Positions 48,077 to 58,157 of a DNA stretch of 64,000 nt are shown here, in pieces. The number at the start of each line of letters is the position of its first letter. Within the stretch, counting starts at the first letter, position 1. The DNA is from Pseudomonadota bacterium. Its GTDB lineage: Bacteria; Pseudomonadota; Alphaproteobacteria; Rickettsiales; SXRF01. The notes below the pieces were generated by a model. It searched no databases, was not told where the DNA came from, and worked only from the letters and a program-made list of their open reading frames with translations. A program made the position numbers and the translations under genes. The DNA is taken from the NCBI GenBank assembly GCA_963205195.1, contig CAUJHR010000023.1:11641-75640 (forward strand), in the 5' to 3' direction.

Positions 48077-49018
48077 ATGGATTATTCGAATTATTTAAGC
48101 TACGCATTGATAGCGGTAGGGGTATTTACCGCTTATATGGCGGTGGTTAGCTTATTCAGCAAGGACCGTAATAAAGCACGGGCAGAGCAGGTTGCTGAGG
48201 TTCTTCCAGAGCAGGAAGGACATGGGCTAACTGTTGCTGCTATCATACTTAAGCAAGTTCTGACATTGTTTGGCGTTAATTTGCAGCATCAGCGCAGCAG
48301 CAGCATCCAGCTTGCAAAAGCTGGCTATAACAGCCAGAAAGCGCTTATTTATTTTATTTTCTTCAAGCGTGTTATCCAGCCGATTGTATTGGTTATAGGT
48401 GTTTATATTTTATTCCATTTGTTTTTTGTTAACCGCGAAAGCTACAAGGAACACCTGGCACTATTTATAACCTCACTTCTTTTGGTAGTTATTGGCTCTT
48501 TCGGCAGCGGCCTGTTTCTAAAGAATAGCGAACAAAAAAGGATACAGGAGCTCACCAAAACTTTCCCGGATGCTCTGGATATGATACTTATATGCGTTGA
48601 ATCCGGACTTGGTATTGATGCGGCATTTGCCCGCGTATGCAAGGAAATGAAAGATTCGCATCCTATCGTTGCTGCTGAATTCGAGCGCACCCGTTTTGAG
48701 ATGACCATGATGAGTGACCGCGTACAGGCGTTGCAGAATTTTGGTGACCGCGCAGCTACCGGTGCTGTCCGCACGCTTGTTTCTTCGCTAATTCAAGCCG
48801 AAAGGTTCGGAACCAGTCTGGTTGACACCATGCGTATGATCGCTGAAGAACAGCGCACTGACCGTATGCTTAAAGCCGAGGAACGCGCTGCGCGCCTGCC
48901 CGCCTTGATTACGCTGCCTTTGATTCTATTTATCCTGCCGGCATTATTTATGATAATACTTGGGCCGGCAGTTATAAAATTGAATGAGCAGGGCGGCATA
49001 TTTGGTAATGAGAAATAA
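48077..49018 (+). CDS. tadC: Flp pilus assembly inner-membrane protein TadC
   Basis: T2SS-F-like domain (FPDALDMILICVESGLGIDAAF...). ATG 48077 with GGAGA 7 nt upstream, 1 nt after the tadB stop. Confidence 0.8.
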   Translation: MDYSNYLSYALIAVGVFTAYMAVVSLFSKDRNKARAEQVAEVLPEQEGHGLTVAAIILKQVLTLFGVNLQHQRSSSIQLAKAGYNSQKALIYFIFFKRVIQPIVLVIGVYILFHLFFVNRESYKEHLALFITSLLLVVIGSFGSGLFLKNSEQKRIQELTKTFPDALDMILICVESGLGIDAAFARVCKEMKDSHPIVAAEFERTRFEMTMMSDRVQALQNFGDRAATGAVRTLVSSLIQAERFGTSLVDTMRMIAEEQRTDRMLKAEERAARLPALITLPLILFILPALFMIILGPAVIKLNEQGGIFGNEK

Positions 49019-49080
49019 ACAAGGCCAGCGCTGCGTTTAATATGGAATTTTAATTCCAGGCGTAATACCAGTTTATAATT

Positions 49081-51108
49081 ATGGCAAATTTCCAGCTAGT
49101 TTCTGATTTTAAACCGGCAGGTGACCAGCCGGTGGCTATTGCCGGGCTGGTTTCCGGGCTTGCTAACCATGAGCGTGAGCAGGTTCTGCTTGGTGTTACT
49201 GGTTCTGGAAAAACCTTCACAATGGCGCATGTGATACAGCAAACCCAGCGCCCAGCGCTTATAATGGCGCATAACAAAACACTCGCCGCCCAGCTTTATT
49301 CGGAAATGAAAAGTTTTTTCCCAAATAATGCGGTTGAGTATTTCGTATCTTACTATGATTATTACCAGCCGGAAGCCTATGTTCCAAAGAGCGACACTTT
49401 TATTGAAAAAGATTCTTCAATTAACGAGCAGATAGATCGTATGCGACATTCTGCCACCCGCGCCATGCTGGAGCGCAGTGATGTAATAGTAGTGGCGTCG
49501 GTTTCTTGCATATACGGAATTGGTTCTGCTGAGATGTATTCGCAGATGACGCTCACAATAAGGCGTGGCGAAACACGGACGCAGCGTGAATTGATAAAAG
49601 CGCTGGTCGAGCTGCAATATAAGCGCAACGATATGGATTTTGCCCGCGGCGCTTTCCGTGTTCGCGGTGATACTATAGATCTGTTTCCGGCGCATTACGA
49701 GGATACTGCATGGCGTATTTCCTTCTTTGGCGATGAAATAGAAATAATCAATGAGTTCGACCCGCTGACTGGTGAAGTAAAAGTAAAGCTTGATGAAATA
49801 GTTATTTATGCCAACAGCCATTATGTAACACCGCGCCCAACTATAGATAAGGCGATTATCCAGATAAAAAGCGAGCTTAAAACACGGCTTGAGCATTTTT
49901 ATAGCGCCGGGAAACTATTGGAAGCCCAGCGTCTTGAGCAGCGGACTACTTATGATCTGGAAATGCTTATGGAAACGGGCGCTTGCCGCGGAATTGAGAA
50001 TTATTCGCGCTACCTTGCCGGTACTGGCCCCGGCGAGCCGCCTCCTACACTGTTCCAGTACCTGCCTGAAAACGCATTGCTTTTTGTTGATGAAAGCCAT
50101 GTTACAGTGCCTCAGATAGGCGGCATGTCCAGCGGTGACCGTGCACGCAAAAACACGCTGATTGAGTATGGTTTCCGGCTTCCTTCGGCGCTGGATAACC
50201 GTCCCTTGACTTTTGAGGAATGGGATACGCGCCGTCCGGAATCTATATTCGTTTCTGCAACGCCAGGAAAATGGGAGATGGAGGCAACCGGCGGGGCATT
50301 CATAGAGCAGATTATCCGCCCTACAGGGCTTATCGACCCGCCATGCGATATACGTCCTGTTGCTTCGCAGGTTGATGATCTTCTGGCCGAATGCCACATA
50401 AGGATTAAAAAACAGCAGCGTGTGCTGGTGACTACCCTTACCAAGCGCATGGCTGAAGAGCTTACTGATTACATGAATGAAGCGGGAATAGGCGTGCGTT
50501 ACCTTCATTCAGACGTGGAAACCCTGGAGCGCATTGAGATTATACGAGATCTTCGTCTTGGCAAGTTCGATGTGCTTATAGGCGTGAATCTGCTGCGCGA
50601 AGGGCTTGATATACCCGAATGCGGGCTGGTAGCAATACTCGATGCCGACAAGGAAGGTTTCCTGCGTTCGGCAACCTCGCTTATACAGACGATAGGCAGG
50701 GCAGCACGCAATGTAGATAGCCTGGTGATCCTATACGCTGATAAAATCACCAATTCTATGAAGATAGCGCTTGATGAAACCGAGCGCCGCCGCAAGGTGC
50801 AGATGGCTTATAATGAAGCTAATGGGATAACACCTGCTTCAGTTAGCAAAAAAATAGGAGAAATAATCGAATCGGTTTACGAGCATGACCATTATACGGT
50901 TGCAACCACCCTTAAAAAATATGATGTGAAGGATGACGGCAAGGATAAGGACAAATATATCAGTAAACTGCGCGTAAAAATGCTCGAAGCCGCCGCAGAC
51001 CTTGAATTCGAGGAAGCCGCCCGCCTTCGCAATATTATTGATAAGCTTGAGAATTCCGAAAAGAAAACCGGAGTAGCCGGAAGCGGAAAGAAAAAAGTTA
51101 AAAACTAA
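49081..51108 (+). CDS. uvrB: Excinuclease ABC subunit B
   Basis: [12 protein letters not shown], helicase motifs, and a C-terminal UVR domain ([11 protein letters not shown]). Confidence 0.97.
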   Translation: MANFQLVSDFKPAGDQPVAIAGLVSGLANHEREQVLLGVTGSGKTFTMAHVIQQTQRPALIMAHNKTLAAQLYSEMKSFFPNNAVEYFVSYYDYYQPEAYVPKSDTFIEKDSSINEQIDRMRHSATRAMLERSDVIVVASVSCIYGIGSAEMYSQMTLTIRRGETRTQRELIKALVELQYKRNDMDFARGAFRVRGDTIDLFPAHYEDTAWRISFFGDEIEIINEFDPLTGEVKVKLDEIVIYANSHYVTPRPTIDKAIIQIKSELKTRLEHFYSAGKLLEAQRLEQRTTYDLEMLMETGACRGIENYSRYLAGTGPGEPPPTLFQYLPENALLFVDESHVTVPQIGGMSSGDRARKNTLIEYGFRLPSALDNRPLTFEEWDTRRPESIFVSATPGKWEMEATGGAFIEQIIRPTGLIDPPCDIRPVASQVDDLLAECHIRIKKQQRVLVTTLTKRMAEELTDYMNEAGIGVRYLHSDVETLERIEIIRDLRLGKFDVLIGVNLLREGLDIPECGLVAILDADKEGFLRSATSLIQTIGRAARNVDSLVILYADKITNSMKIALDETERRRKVQMAYNEANGITPASVSKKIGEIIESVYEHDHYTVATTLKKYDVKDDGKDKDKYISKLRVKMLEAAADLEFEEAARLRNIIDKLENSEKKTGVAGSGKKKVKN

Positions 51109-51531
51109 TTACCCTACGATCTCAGTGCCGCTAAAGAAGAAGCTGATTTCTATCGCTGCATTTTCTTCACTGTCGGAGCCATGAACAGAATTGCGTTCAA
51201 TTCCTTCGCCAAATTCCTTGCGGATAGTGCCTGCATTCGCTTTTGCAGGATCGGTTGCGCCCATGATCTCACGGTTTTTAAGCACGGCGTTTTCGCCTTC
51301 TAGAACCTGCACCACTACCGGGCCAGAAACCATATACTCAACCAGTTCGTCATAGAATGGACGTTCTTTATGGACGATATAAAACTCGCGGGCCTGAAGG
51401 CGTGACATACGCAGGCGCTTCTGTGCAACTATGCGTAAGCCGTTTTCTTCAAACTTTGCATTGATCTTCCCGGTAAGGTTGCGCTCGGTAGCGTCAGGTT
51501 TGATTATCGAGAAAGTGCGTTGTTTAGCCAT
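51109..51531 (-). CDS. ndk: Nucleoside diphosphate kinase
   Basis: [18 protein letters not shown]; 140 aa. Confidence 0.97.
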   Translation of the reverse strand: MAKQRTFSIIKPDATERNLTGKINAKFEENGLRIVAQKRLRMSRLQAREFYIVHKERPFYDELVEYMVSGPVVVQVLEGENAVLKNREIMGATDPAKANAGTIRKEFGEGIERNSVHGSDSEENAAIEISFFFSGTEIVG

Positions 51532-51686
51532 TGCTGTACTCCTTGGAATTTAAACTTGGTGGCTATATAGGGGCAAATTCTACCTAATGCAATAGTAAAT
51601 TAAAATTACTAATAATAGACTATACAAATTCAATAAAATCGCTATGTTATGCGTTAATTAGGCATAATTAACTTTATACTCTGCAT

Positions 51687-52541
51687 ATGCGTTTTCATGT
51701 TTTTCCATTGCTAATGCGCTTGGCCCCAGTGATCCTGCTTGCGGGATGTACGTCCAATTTGCAGCAATTAAAAGAAATAAATCCTGACGCCATTGATTTC
51801 CAAAGCTCATTGGCTTCTGAATACCTTGCTTATAGCGAGTCTGAAATAGAGCAGGGCCGTAGCCAGTCTGCCGATTATTACGCAGGAAAAGGGGTCAAGG
51901 CCTCCAAGGGCGAAAAAATAGGTCCTGATATGGTCAATAATTCCTCTCCAGATGCAAAAAAACTGGCAAAAGCGCGTCAGGATCTTGTTGGTCTGCTTAA
52001 TGATGACGTAAAAAATATAGCCCCGCAAAAAGCTGCCAGGGCGCAATTATTGTTTGATTGCTGGAATGGTCAGGAAACTCATGCAAAAATGGATATAAAG
52101 GATTCTTGCGCCAGTGAATTTTCCACTTCTTATAAGGAAGTGCTGATGGTGGCTGATAGTATTGAATTTGGCGAGGCAAGTAGCAACCGTATTGAATTTG
52201 TGCCAGGAAGTGCCGAGCTGGGAGATGATGAAATTGATATTATAGGTGAAATAGCGCAGCAGCTGAAGGGCAAGAAAGATTATATTATCAAGCTTATTGC
52301 GGGCATGGATATTAAAGATATTAAAAGCAAGTACCTTGCCGACAGGCGCCTGAAAAATACCCGTGCTGAGCTGGTAAAAGCTCGTATCCCCAAGAAAAAA
52401 ATAATATTTGGTAAGCCTGATACTGAAAAATCATCGGCAGATGCTGTGCATTTGAGCAATGATGATGAGCAAAGCAGCGACGGGGTTGATATTCTTGTTA
52501 CTTCATCCCGCCATTTATTGGCGGTTCCAGCTAATGATTAG
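51687..52541 (+). CDS. Lipoprotein with a degenerate OmpA-like C-terminal domain
   Basis: Lipobox LLAGCTS. N-terminal region LASEYLAYSE...AARAQLLFDCWNGQE resembles the alphaproteobacterial OmpA-family lipoprotein N-domain. In the C-terminal OmpA-like fold the usual NRRVEI motif reads DGVDILV. Confidence 0.6.
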   Translation: MRFHVFPLLMRLAPVILLAGCTSNLQQLKEINPDAIDFQSSLASEYLAYSESEIEQGRSQSADYYAGKGVKASKGEKIGPDMVNNSSPDAKKLAKARQDLVGLLNDDVKNIAPQKAARAQLLFDCWNGQETHAKMDIKDSCASEFSTSYKEVLMVADSIEFGEASSNRIEFVPGSAELGDDEIDIIGEIAQQLKGKKDYIIKLIAGMDIKDIKSKYLADRRLKNTRAELVKARIPKKKIIFGKPDTEKSSADAVHLSNDDEQSSDGVDILVTSSRHLLAVPAND

Positions 52542-53079
52542 ACCGGCTGCCATAAGCTTGCTGGCCTTTGTTTTGCTTACTGGTTGCGCGGATGATTTTG
52601 CTGAAAAACCCGCACAGGAGGCATCGTCTTCTGTAAGCCATCAGAAAATAATAAAAAAACCAGTGCATAAGCCTGCTGCGAAGAAGCCCAGCAAAAAAAT
52701 CATTATCGATAGTTGTAAAAAAATAGATAGAAATATAAGAAAAAAAAGCATAAATAAAAAACCCATCCAGTCTTTGGCGGCAAATACCACTTCTTTTGTT
52801 ATTTTCTTTGAAACAGGGACAGTTAAAATAACCCCGGCTTCAAATTCTGTTTTAAAAGAAATGTTGGAAAAGCTGGCAGGTATTAAAGATTATGAAGTTG
52901 CTATTATAGATAAATCTTCTTCAAAAGAAATTGATACAGGCTTATCGCATAAGCGCGTAAGTTTGGTGAAGGATCAGCTTACAAAAATTGGCATAAGGGA
53001 AGCTTCAATAAAAACTGGTGATGAAAAAGTAATAAACAATAAAATTAAACATAAAGTAGAAATTTTTTTAAATGACTGA
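52534..53079 (+). CDS. Lipoprotein with an OmpA-like C-terminal domain
   Basis: ATG 52534 ([21 protein letters not shown], lipobox LTGC) overlaps the upstream stop by 8 nt. Lys-rich linker, then [20 protein letters not shown]...[13 protein letters not shown]...HKVEIFL. Confidence 0.55.
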   Translation: MIRPAAISLLAFVLLTGCADDFAEKPAQEASSSVSHQKIIKKPVHKPAAKKPSKKIIIDSCKKIDRNIRKKSINKKPIQSLAANTTSFVIFFETGTVKITPASNSVLKEMLEKLAGIKDYEVAIIDKSSSKEIDTGLSHKRVSLVKDQLTKIGIREASIKTGDEKVINNKIKHKVEIFLND

Positions 53080-54619
53080 TCGTATTTTAATATTGGATTT
53101 TGGTTCTCAGGTTACACAGTTGATCGCCAGGCGTGTTCGTGAATGCGGAGTATATTGTGAGATCCGCCCGTTTAATATTCCGCCCGAAGAAATAGCATCG
53201 TTTGCACCTAAGGGAATTATTTTATCAGGCGGGCCTGCTTCCGTGCATGAGGATTATTCGCCGAAAGTAAGCGAGCGTATTTTTAACCTGCATGTACCCA
53301 TACTGGGCATTTGTTACGGGGAGCAGCTTCTTTGCCAGCAGCTTGGTGGAAAAGTGGAGCCAAGCGCACATCGTGAGTTTGGCCGTGCTGTAATTGATAT
53401 TGCTGAAAATTGCGCTCTTTTTTCCGGCATTTGGGAAAAGGGCTCGAAACAAGAGGTGTGGATGAGCCATGGAGACCGCGTGGTTGCCCTTCCGCCCGGT
53501 TTCAAAGCAGTTGCTACAACAGCTTCCGCACCTTTTGCTGCAATTGCTAATGAATCCCAAAATTATTACGCGGTGCAGTTCCACCCGGAAGTAGTGCATA
53601 CTAAAGACGGGGCTAAGCTTCTTAAGAATTTCGTACGCAATATTGCAGGCTGCAAGGGTGACTGGACAATGTCTGCCTTCCGCCATAGTGCTATTGAAAG
53701 GGTCCGTAATCAGGTCGGTAATAAAAAAGTCCTGTGTGCAGTATCCGGCGGAGTGGATTCTTCGGTAGTTGCCGCCCTGCTTCATGAAGCAATAGGCGAG
53801 CAGCTTATCTGCATCTTTATCAATAACGGGCTCTTGCGTGAAGGAGAGCCGGAACAGGTGGAAAAGCTGTTCAAGGATCATTTCCATATCCCGCTTATCC
53901 ATGTCGATGCCAGCATGTTGTTTTTAAACCGCTTGAATGGCGTTAAAGACCCTGAACATAAACGCAAGATAATCGGAAATACCTTCATTGAAGTTTTCGA
54001 GATGGAAGCAAAAAATGCTGGCGGCGCTGATTTCCTGGCACAAGGTACATTGTATCCTGATGTGATAGAATCGGTATCATTTACTGGCGGGCCAAGCGTT
54101 ACTATTAAATCGCACCATAATGTCGGTGGGCTGCCTGCCCATATGAAAATGGAACTGGTCGAACCGCTGCGCGAATTATTTAAAGATGAGGTGCGTGTGC
54201 TGGGCCGCGAACTGGGAATGCCTGCTGATATGGTGGGCCGCCATCCGTTTCCGGGGCCCGGTCTTGCGATTCGTATTCCCGGTGAATTAAGCCAGGAAAA
54301 AATAGAATTATTGAGAAGGGCCGATGCGGTGTATATCGACGAGATACGCAAGTCGGGTTTATATAATGATATATGGCAGGCCTTCGCAGTGCTGCTTCCA
54401 ATAAGAACTGTTGGGGTAATGGGTGATGCGCGCAGTTATGATTATGTATGCGCCCTGCGCGCAGTTACTTCTACTGATGGAATGACAGCGGATTATTATT
54501 ATTTCAGTCATGAATTTTTAAGCCGCGTATCAAACCGCATTACTAACGAAGTAAAAGGTATCAACCGCGTAGTTTATGATATAACCAGTAAGCCGCCGGG
54601 CACTATTGAGTGGGAATAA
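53072..54619 (+). CDS. guaA: GMP synthase (glutamine-hydrolysing)
   Basis: GATase ILILDFGSQ...ICYGEQ, ATP-PPase SGGVDSSV, and C-terminus PPGTIEWE. Confidence 0.97.
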   Translation: MTDRILILDFGSQVTQLIARRVRECGVYCEIRPFNIPPEEIASFAPKGIILSGGPASVHEDYSPKVSERIFNLHVPILGICYGEQLLCQQLGGKVEPSAHREFGRAVIDIAENCALFSGIWEKGSKQEVWMSHGDRVVALPPGFKAVATTASAPFAAIANESQNYYAVQFHPEVVHTKDGAKLLKNFVRNIAGCKGDWTMSAFRHSAIERVRNQVGNKKVLCAVSGGVDSSVVAALLHEAIGEQLICIFINNGLLREGEPEQVEKLFKDHFHIPLIHVDASMLFLNRLNGVKDPEHKRKIIGNTFIEVFEMEAKNAGGADFLAQGTLYPDVIESVSFTGGPSVTIKSHHNVGGLPAHMKMELVEPLRELFKDEVRVLGRELGMPADMVGRHPFPGPGLAIRIPGELSQEKIELLRRADAVYIDEIRKSGLYNDIWQAFAVLLPIRTVGVMGDARSYDYVCALRAVTSTDGMTADYYYFSHEFLSRVSNRITNEVKGINRVVYDITSKPPGTIEWE

Positions 54620-54675
54620 AAATATTAAAAACTACACCGAGCGCAGCGAGGGACTTTTTAATAAGAAAGGAAATT

Positions 54676-55326
54676 ATGAGCGAATTATTCAGGGAAATTG
54701 AAGAAGAAGTAAAACGCGAACGCCTGGAAAATCTCTGGAAGAGCTTTGGCCGTTTTGCAATCTGGGGAAGCGTTTCTATTATTGTTCTTACTGCTGTATA
54801 TGTAGCTTGGGATGATCACAGCCAGCGCCAGGCGGAGGCAAAAACTTCGCAGTTGTTAAGTGGTTCCGAGCATATGAATAAAGGTGATTATAAGGGGGCT
54901 GTTACAATTTTTTCAAGCCTTACCGATGATGATAAATCATCTTATTACGCGCTTGCAATGCTGCAAAAAGCAATGGCGCAATATCAGGCTGGTGATGATG
55001 ACGGTGCAAAAAAAACTTATGCGGCACTTGCAAAAAATGACAATGAATCAGGTTTTGGCGCGCTTGCAAATCTTAAAACCCTTGGCGATAGTGAAGCCCT
55101 GGAATTATCAAAGACATCCCCATTTTACCATACTCTTGCCGAGCAGAAGGCATGGCGTTTATTAGATAGCGGTAAAAAATCAGAAGCTGCTGATATACTG
55201 GCTTCACTTGGCAATGATGAAAAAACGCCAGCTTCCCTTGCTAACCGTGCCAGGGAGATTTTACGCATGGTTGCGCCGGAGAAATTAGCAGTTAAACCAG
55301 CAGAAAAGAAGGTGCCAAATGAATAA
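54676..55326 (+). CDS. YfgM-like TPR membrane-anchored protein
   Basis: N-terminus EIEEEVKRERLENLWKSFG followed by one TM and TPR-like helices. Sits directly upstream of bamB and der, as yfgM does in other proteobacteria. ATG 54676 has AAAGGA upstream. Confidence 0.55.
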   Translation: MSELFREIEEEVKRERLENLWKSFGRFAIWGSVSIIVLTAVYVAWDDHSQRQAEAKTSQLLSGSEHMNKGDYKGAVTIFSSLTDDDKSSYYALAMLQKAMAQYQAGDDDGAKKTYAALAKNDNESGFGALANLKTLGDSEALELSKTSPFYHTLAEQKAWRLLDSGKKSEAADILASLGNDEKTPASLANRAREILRMVAPEKLAVKPAEKKVPNE

Positions 55327-56650
55327 GCGTATCGCCTTGTTATTTATTATGTCCACCATGCTTAGTGCATGCAGCCATATGCCGTCATGGATGGGCGGGT
55401 CAACAGAGGAAAAAGCTAAGCTTCCCGGCGAGCGTAAGGTGGCGCTTCCAGTTGAAAGCAAGCTTAAAATAGACGATGCACTTAAAAACAGCCCCCCGGT
55501 TCTGCCTGCCGAAACTGCCAATGCTAACTGGACACAGGGTAATGGTATGTTTACTGCAGCAACTGCAAATTTATCAGGTGGAAAATTCGATAATAAAAAT
55601 TCTGCGAAAGCAGGAAGTGGTAATGATTTTTCGCACAGCTTGGTCCCTAATCCTGTTATTTCTGGTGGCGTGGTTTTTGTAATGGATGCCGCGGGCGTGA
55701 TCTCAGCTCATGATGCTGCTGATATAAGCAAGGTGCGCTGGAAATCCAAAGTGGTGGCTGATAAGGACGAGCATGAAGTTATAGGCGGCGGCCTCGCAGT
55801 GGATGGCGCGGTGCTGTATGCAACAACCGGGCAGGGGCAGGTGGCTGCTGTAAGCGTTGAAAACGGCGCGAAAATATGGAGCAGGGATTTTACTTCGCCG
55901 CTTCGTGGGGCACCAGCTGTTTCTGGCACAAAACTGGTAATTATGACCATTGATAACCAGACTTATGGCCTGTCATCAAGGACTGGTGATATATTATGGG
56001 ACCACCGCGGTATTGATGAAACGGCGGCAGTAATGAACAGCGTATCACCTACCATCGCCGGCGATGATGTATTAATTCCATATTCTTCCGGTGAACTATT
56101 CGCGCTGTCCATTGCAGATGGGAAAGAGCTGTGGAGCGACAGCCTAATGCAAAGCAAACACACGCAGGCATCTGGATTATTTTCCGGTATCGGCGGAACT
56201 CCGGTTGTAGATAATGGCATTGCTTTTGCCTGCGGCAATAATGGCCTTACAACTGCGATCAATATGGCTTTGGGCCAGCGCGTCTGGCAGCAGCAGGTTG
56301 CATCCCTTAATACGCCATGGCTTGCAGGTGATGATTTATTCCTGCTTACCACCGATAATGTGCTTGTGGATTTTGTGAAAACCACAGGCAAGATCCGTTG
56401 GGTTTCGCAGCTTGATAGCTATGAAAATGCGAAGGAAAAAACCAAGCCGATAACCTGGCGTGGGCCGGTGCTTGTTAGCGGCAGGTTATTGCTGGTAAGT
56501 TCTAACGGCAAGCTGGTTTCTGTTGCGGCGGTAAGCGGTAAGATAATGGAAACAAAATCCATCCCTGGCAATATCATAACCAAACCGGTGGTTGCTGGTG
56601 GCAGGCTGTATCTGGTAAGCCAGGACGCAACCTTGTATTCATTCCAGTAG
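55319..56650 (+). CDS. bamB: Outer-membrane protein assembly factor BamB (PQQ-like beta-propeller lipoprotein)
   Basis: Lipobox MLSAC, repeated propeller blades (...G.V.A.D...GK..W), and position upstream of der. Confidence 0.8.
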   Translation: MNKRIALLFIMSTMLSACSHMPSWMGGSTEEKAKLPGERKVALPVESKLKIDDALKNSPPVLPAETANANWTQGNGMFTAATANLSGGKFDNKNSAKAGSGNDFSHSLVPNPVISGGVVFVMDAAGVISAHDAADISKVRWKSKVVADKDEHEVIGGGLAVDGAVLYATTGQGQVAAVSVENGAKIWSRDFTSPLRGAPAVSGTKLVIMTIDNQTYGLSSRTGDILWDHRGIDETAAVMNSVSPTIAGDDVLIPYSSGELFALSIADGKELWSDSLMQSKHTQASGLFSGIGGTPVVDNGIAFACGNNGLTTAINMALGQRVWQQQVASLNTPWLAGDDLFLLTTDNVLVDFVKTTGKIRWVSQLDSYENAKEKTKPITWRGPVLVSGRLLLVSSNGKLVSVAAVSGKIMETKSIPGNIITKPVVAGGRLYLVSQDATLYSFQ

Positions 56651-56654
56651 CGGT

Positions 56655-58007
56655 ATGAGTTTTACAGTTGTGGTCGCAGGGCGGCCCAATGTCGGTAAAT
56701 CGACATTATTTAACCGCCTCACCGGAAAGCAGCATGCCCTGGTTGATGATATGCCAGGGGTAACCCGTGACCGGCGCGAAGGTGCTGCAAGCCTTGGCGG
56801 AATGGATTTCACGATTATTGATACCGCCGGGCTGGAAGATGCGCCAGAAGGTAGTTTGGCTGCGCGCATGACAGCGCAAACCGAAAAGGCTATTGATGAA
56901 GCAGATGTTGCATTGCTGGTAATAGACGGGCGTGCCGGAATAACTCCTATTGATAAGCATTTTGCCCAACTGGTGCGTAGAAAAAAAACCAGGATCATAC
57001 TGGTTGTAAATAAGGCTGAGGGCGGAAGGGCGAGCTCTACAATTTCTGAAAGCTATAGCCTAGGTTTTGGTGAGCCGGTTGCGATTTCTGCGGCTCATGG
57101 CGAAGGGCTTTCTGAGCTTTATGATGCGCTTGCGCCTTTTGCCAAAAAAGTCGAAGAGGATGGCGAAGAAAACATATCAGGCGAAGATATAAATACGCCA
57201 ATGCAGATTGCGATTGTTGGCCGTCCTAATGTTGGAAAATCAACTTTGGTAAATAAAATTCTGGATGAGGACAGGGTTCTTACCGGGCCCGAAGCTGGCA
57301 TAACCCGTGATGCAATTGCTGTAGATTTTGAGTTTGGCGGCAGGACCATAAAACTAGTGGACACAGCCGGTATGCGCCGCAAAAGCAATGTAGTGCAAAA
57401 AGTTGAAAAGCTTGCCGTTGCTGATACGCTTCGCGCTGTGCAATACGCGCATGTGGTGATATTGGTAATTGACGCGCAGGCTCCTATGGAAAAGCAGGAA
57501 AATACCATAGCATCTTTGGTGGAGCAGGAAGGCCGTGCAATGGTGGTTGCCATAAATAAATGGGACACTGTTTCCGATAAGCCAGCTTACCTGAAGGCGA
57601 TAAATGAAATATTGGAAAAAACCCTGCCGCAATTAAAGGGTGTAGAGGTGGTTCCTATTTCTGCCGAAACCGGTTTCCAGATTCCCAAGCTGCTTAAAAC
57701 CTGCTTTCATTTATACGAGCTTTGGAACAAAGAAATAGGAACCGGGGCACTTAACCGCTGGCTGGAATCGGCTTTGGAAATTCACGCGCCGCCGCTGGTG
57801 CGCTCGCGCCGTATTAAAATACGTTATATGACACAGAAATCAGCGCGTCCGCCGAGCTTTATTTTGTTTTCCAATACCAGCGAAATACCAGACAGCTATA
57901 TACGCTATCTGACCAATAGCCTGCGTGAATCTTTCAAGCTTCCTTCTGTCCCTATAAGAATAAAAATAAAAAAGAATAAAAACCCTTATGCTGAAGTTCT
58001 CGACTGA
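56655..58007 (+). CDS. der: Ribosome-biogenesis GTPase Der (EngA)
   Basis: Two G domains (GRPNVGKSTLFNRL / DTAG; GRPNVGKSTLVNKI / DTAGMRRK / NKWD) and a KH-like C-terminus. Confidence 0.95.
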   Translation: MSFTVVVAGRPNVGKSTLFNRLTGKQHALVDDMPGVTRDRREGAASLGGMDFTIIDTAGLEDAPEGSLAARMTAQTEKAIDEADVALLVIDGRAGITPIDKHFAQLVRRKKTRIILVVNKAEGGRASSTISESYSLGFGEPVAISAAHGEGLSELYDALAPFAKKVEEDGEENISGEDINTPMQIAIVGRPNVGKSTLVNKILDEDRVLTGPEAGITRDAIAVDFEFGGRTIKLVDTAGMRRKSNVVQKVEKLAVADTLRAVQYAHVVILVIDAQAPMEKQENTIASLVEQEGRAMVVAINKWDTVSDKPAYLKAINEILEKTLPQLKGVEVVPISAETGFQIPKLLKTCFHLYELWNKEIGTGALNRWLESALEIHAPPLVRSRRIKIRYMTQKSARPPSFILFSNTSEIPDSYIRYLTNSLRESFKLPSVPIRIKIKKNKNPYAEVLD

Positions 58008-58157
58008 TCAGCATTAAACAGCGGAATATTTTTTGCAAAAATCCCGACTGTTTTAATATGGTACTGTAATTTTTCAATTTTTTTGTTAGAATTTTTTTAT
58101 TATTATGCTACCTATGGTATGTGGCAAGTAGCTAACAAAAAAATCAGGAGGCAATGT

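Noticed and set aside
58029-58042. AT-only palindrome TTTTTGCAAAAA downstream of der, considered as a terminator or operator
   Set aside because: The stem would be almost entirely A-T with no loop. Such palindromes are expected by chance in AT-rich intergenic DNA.
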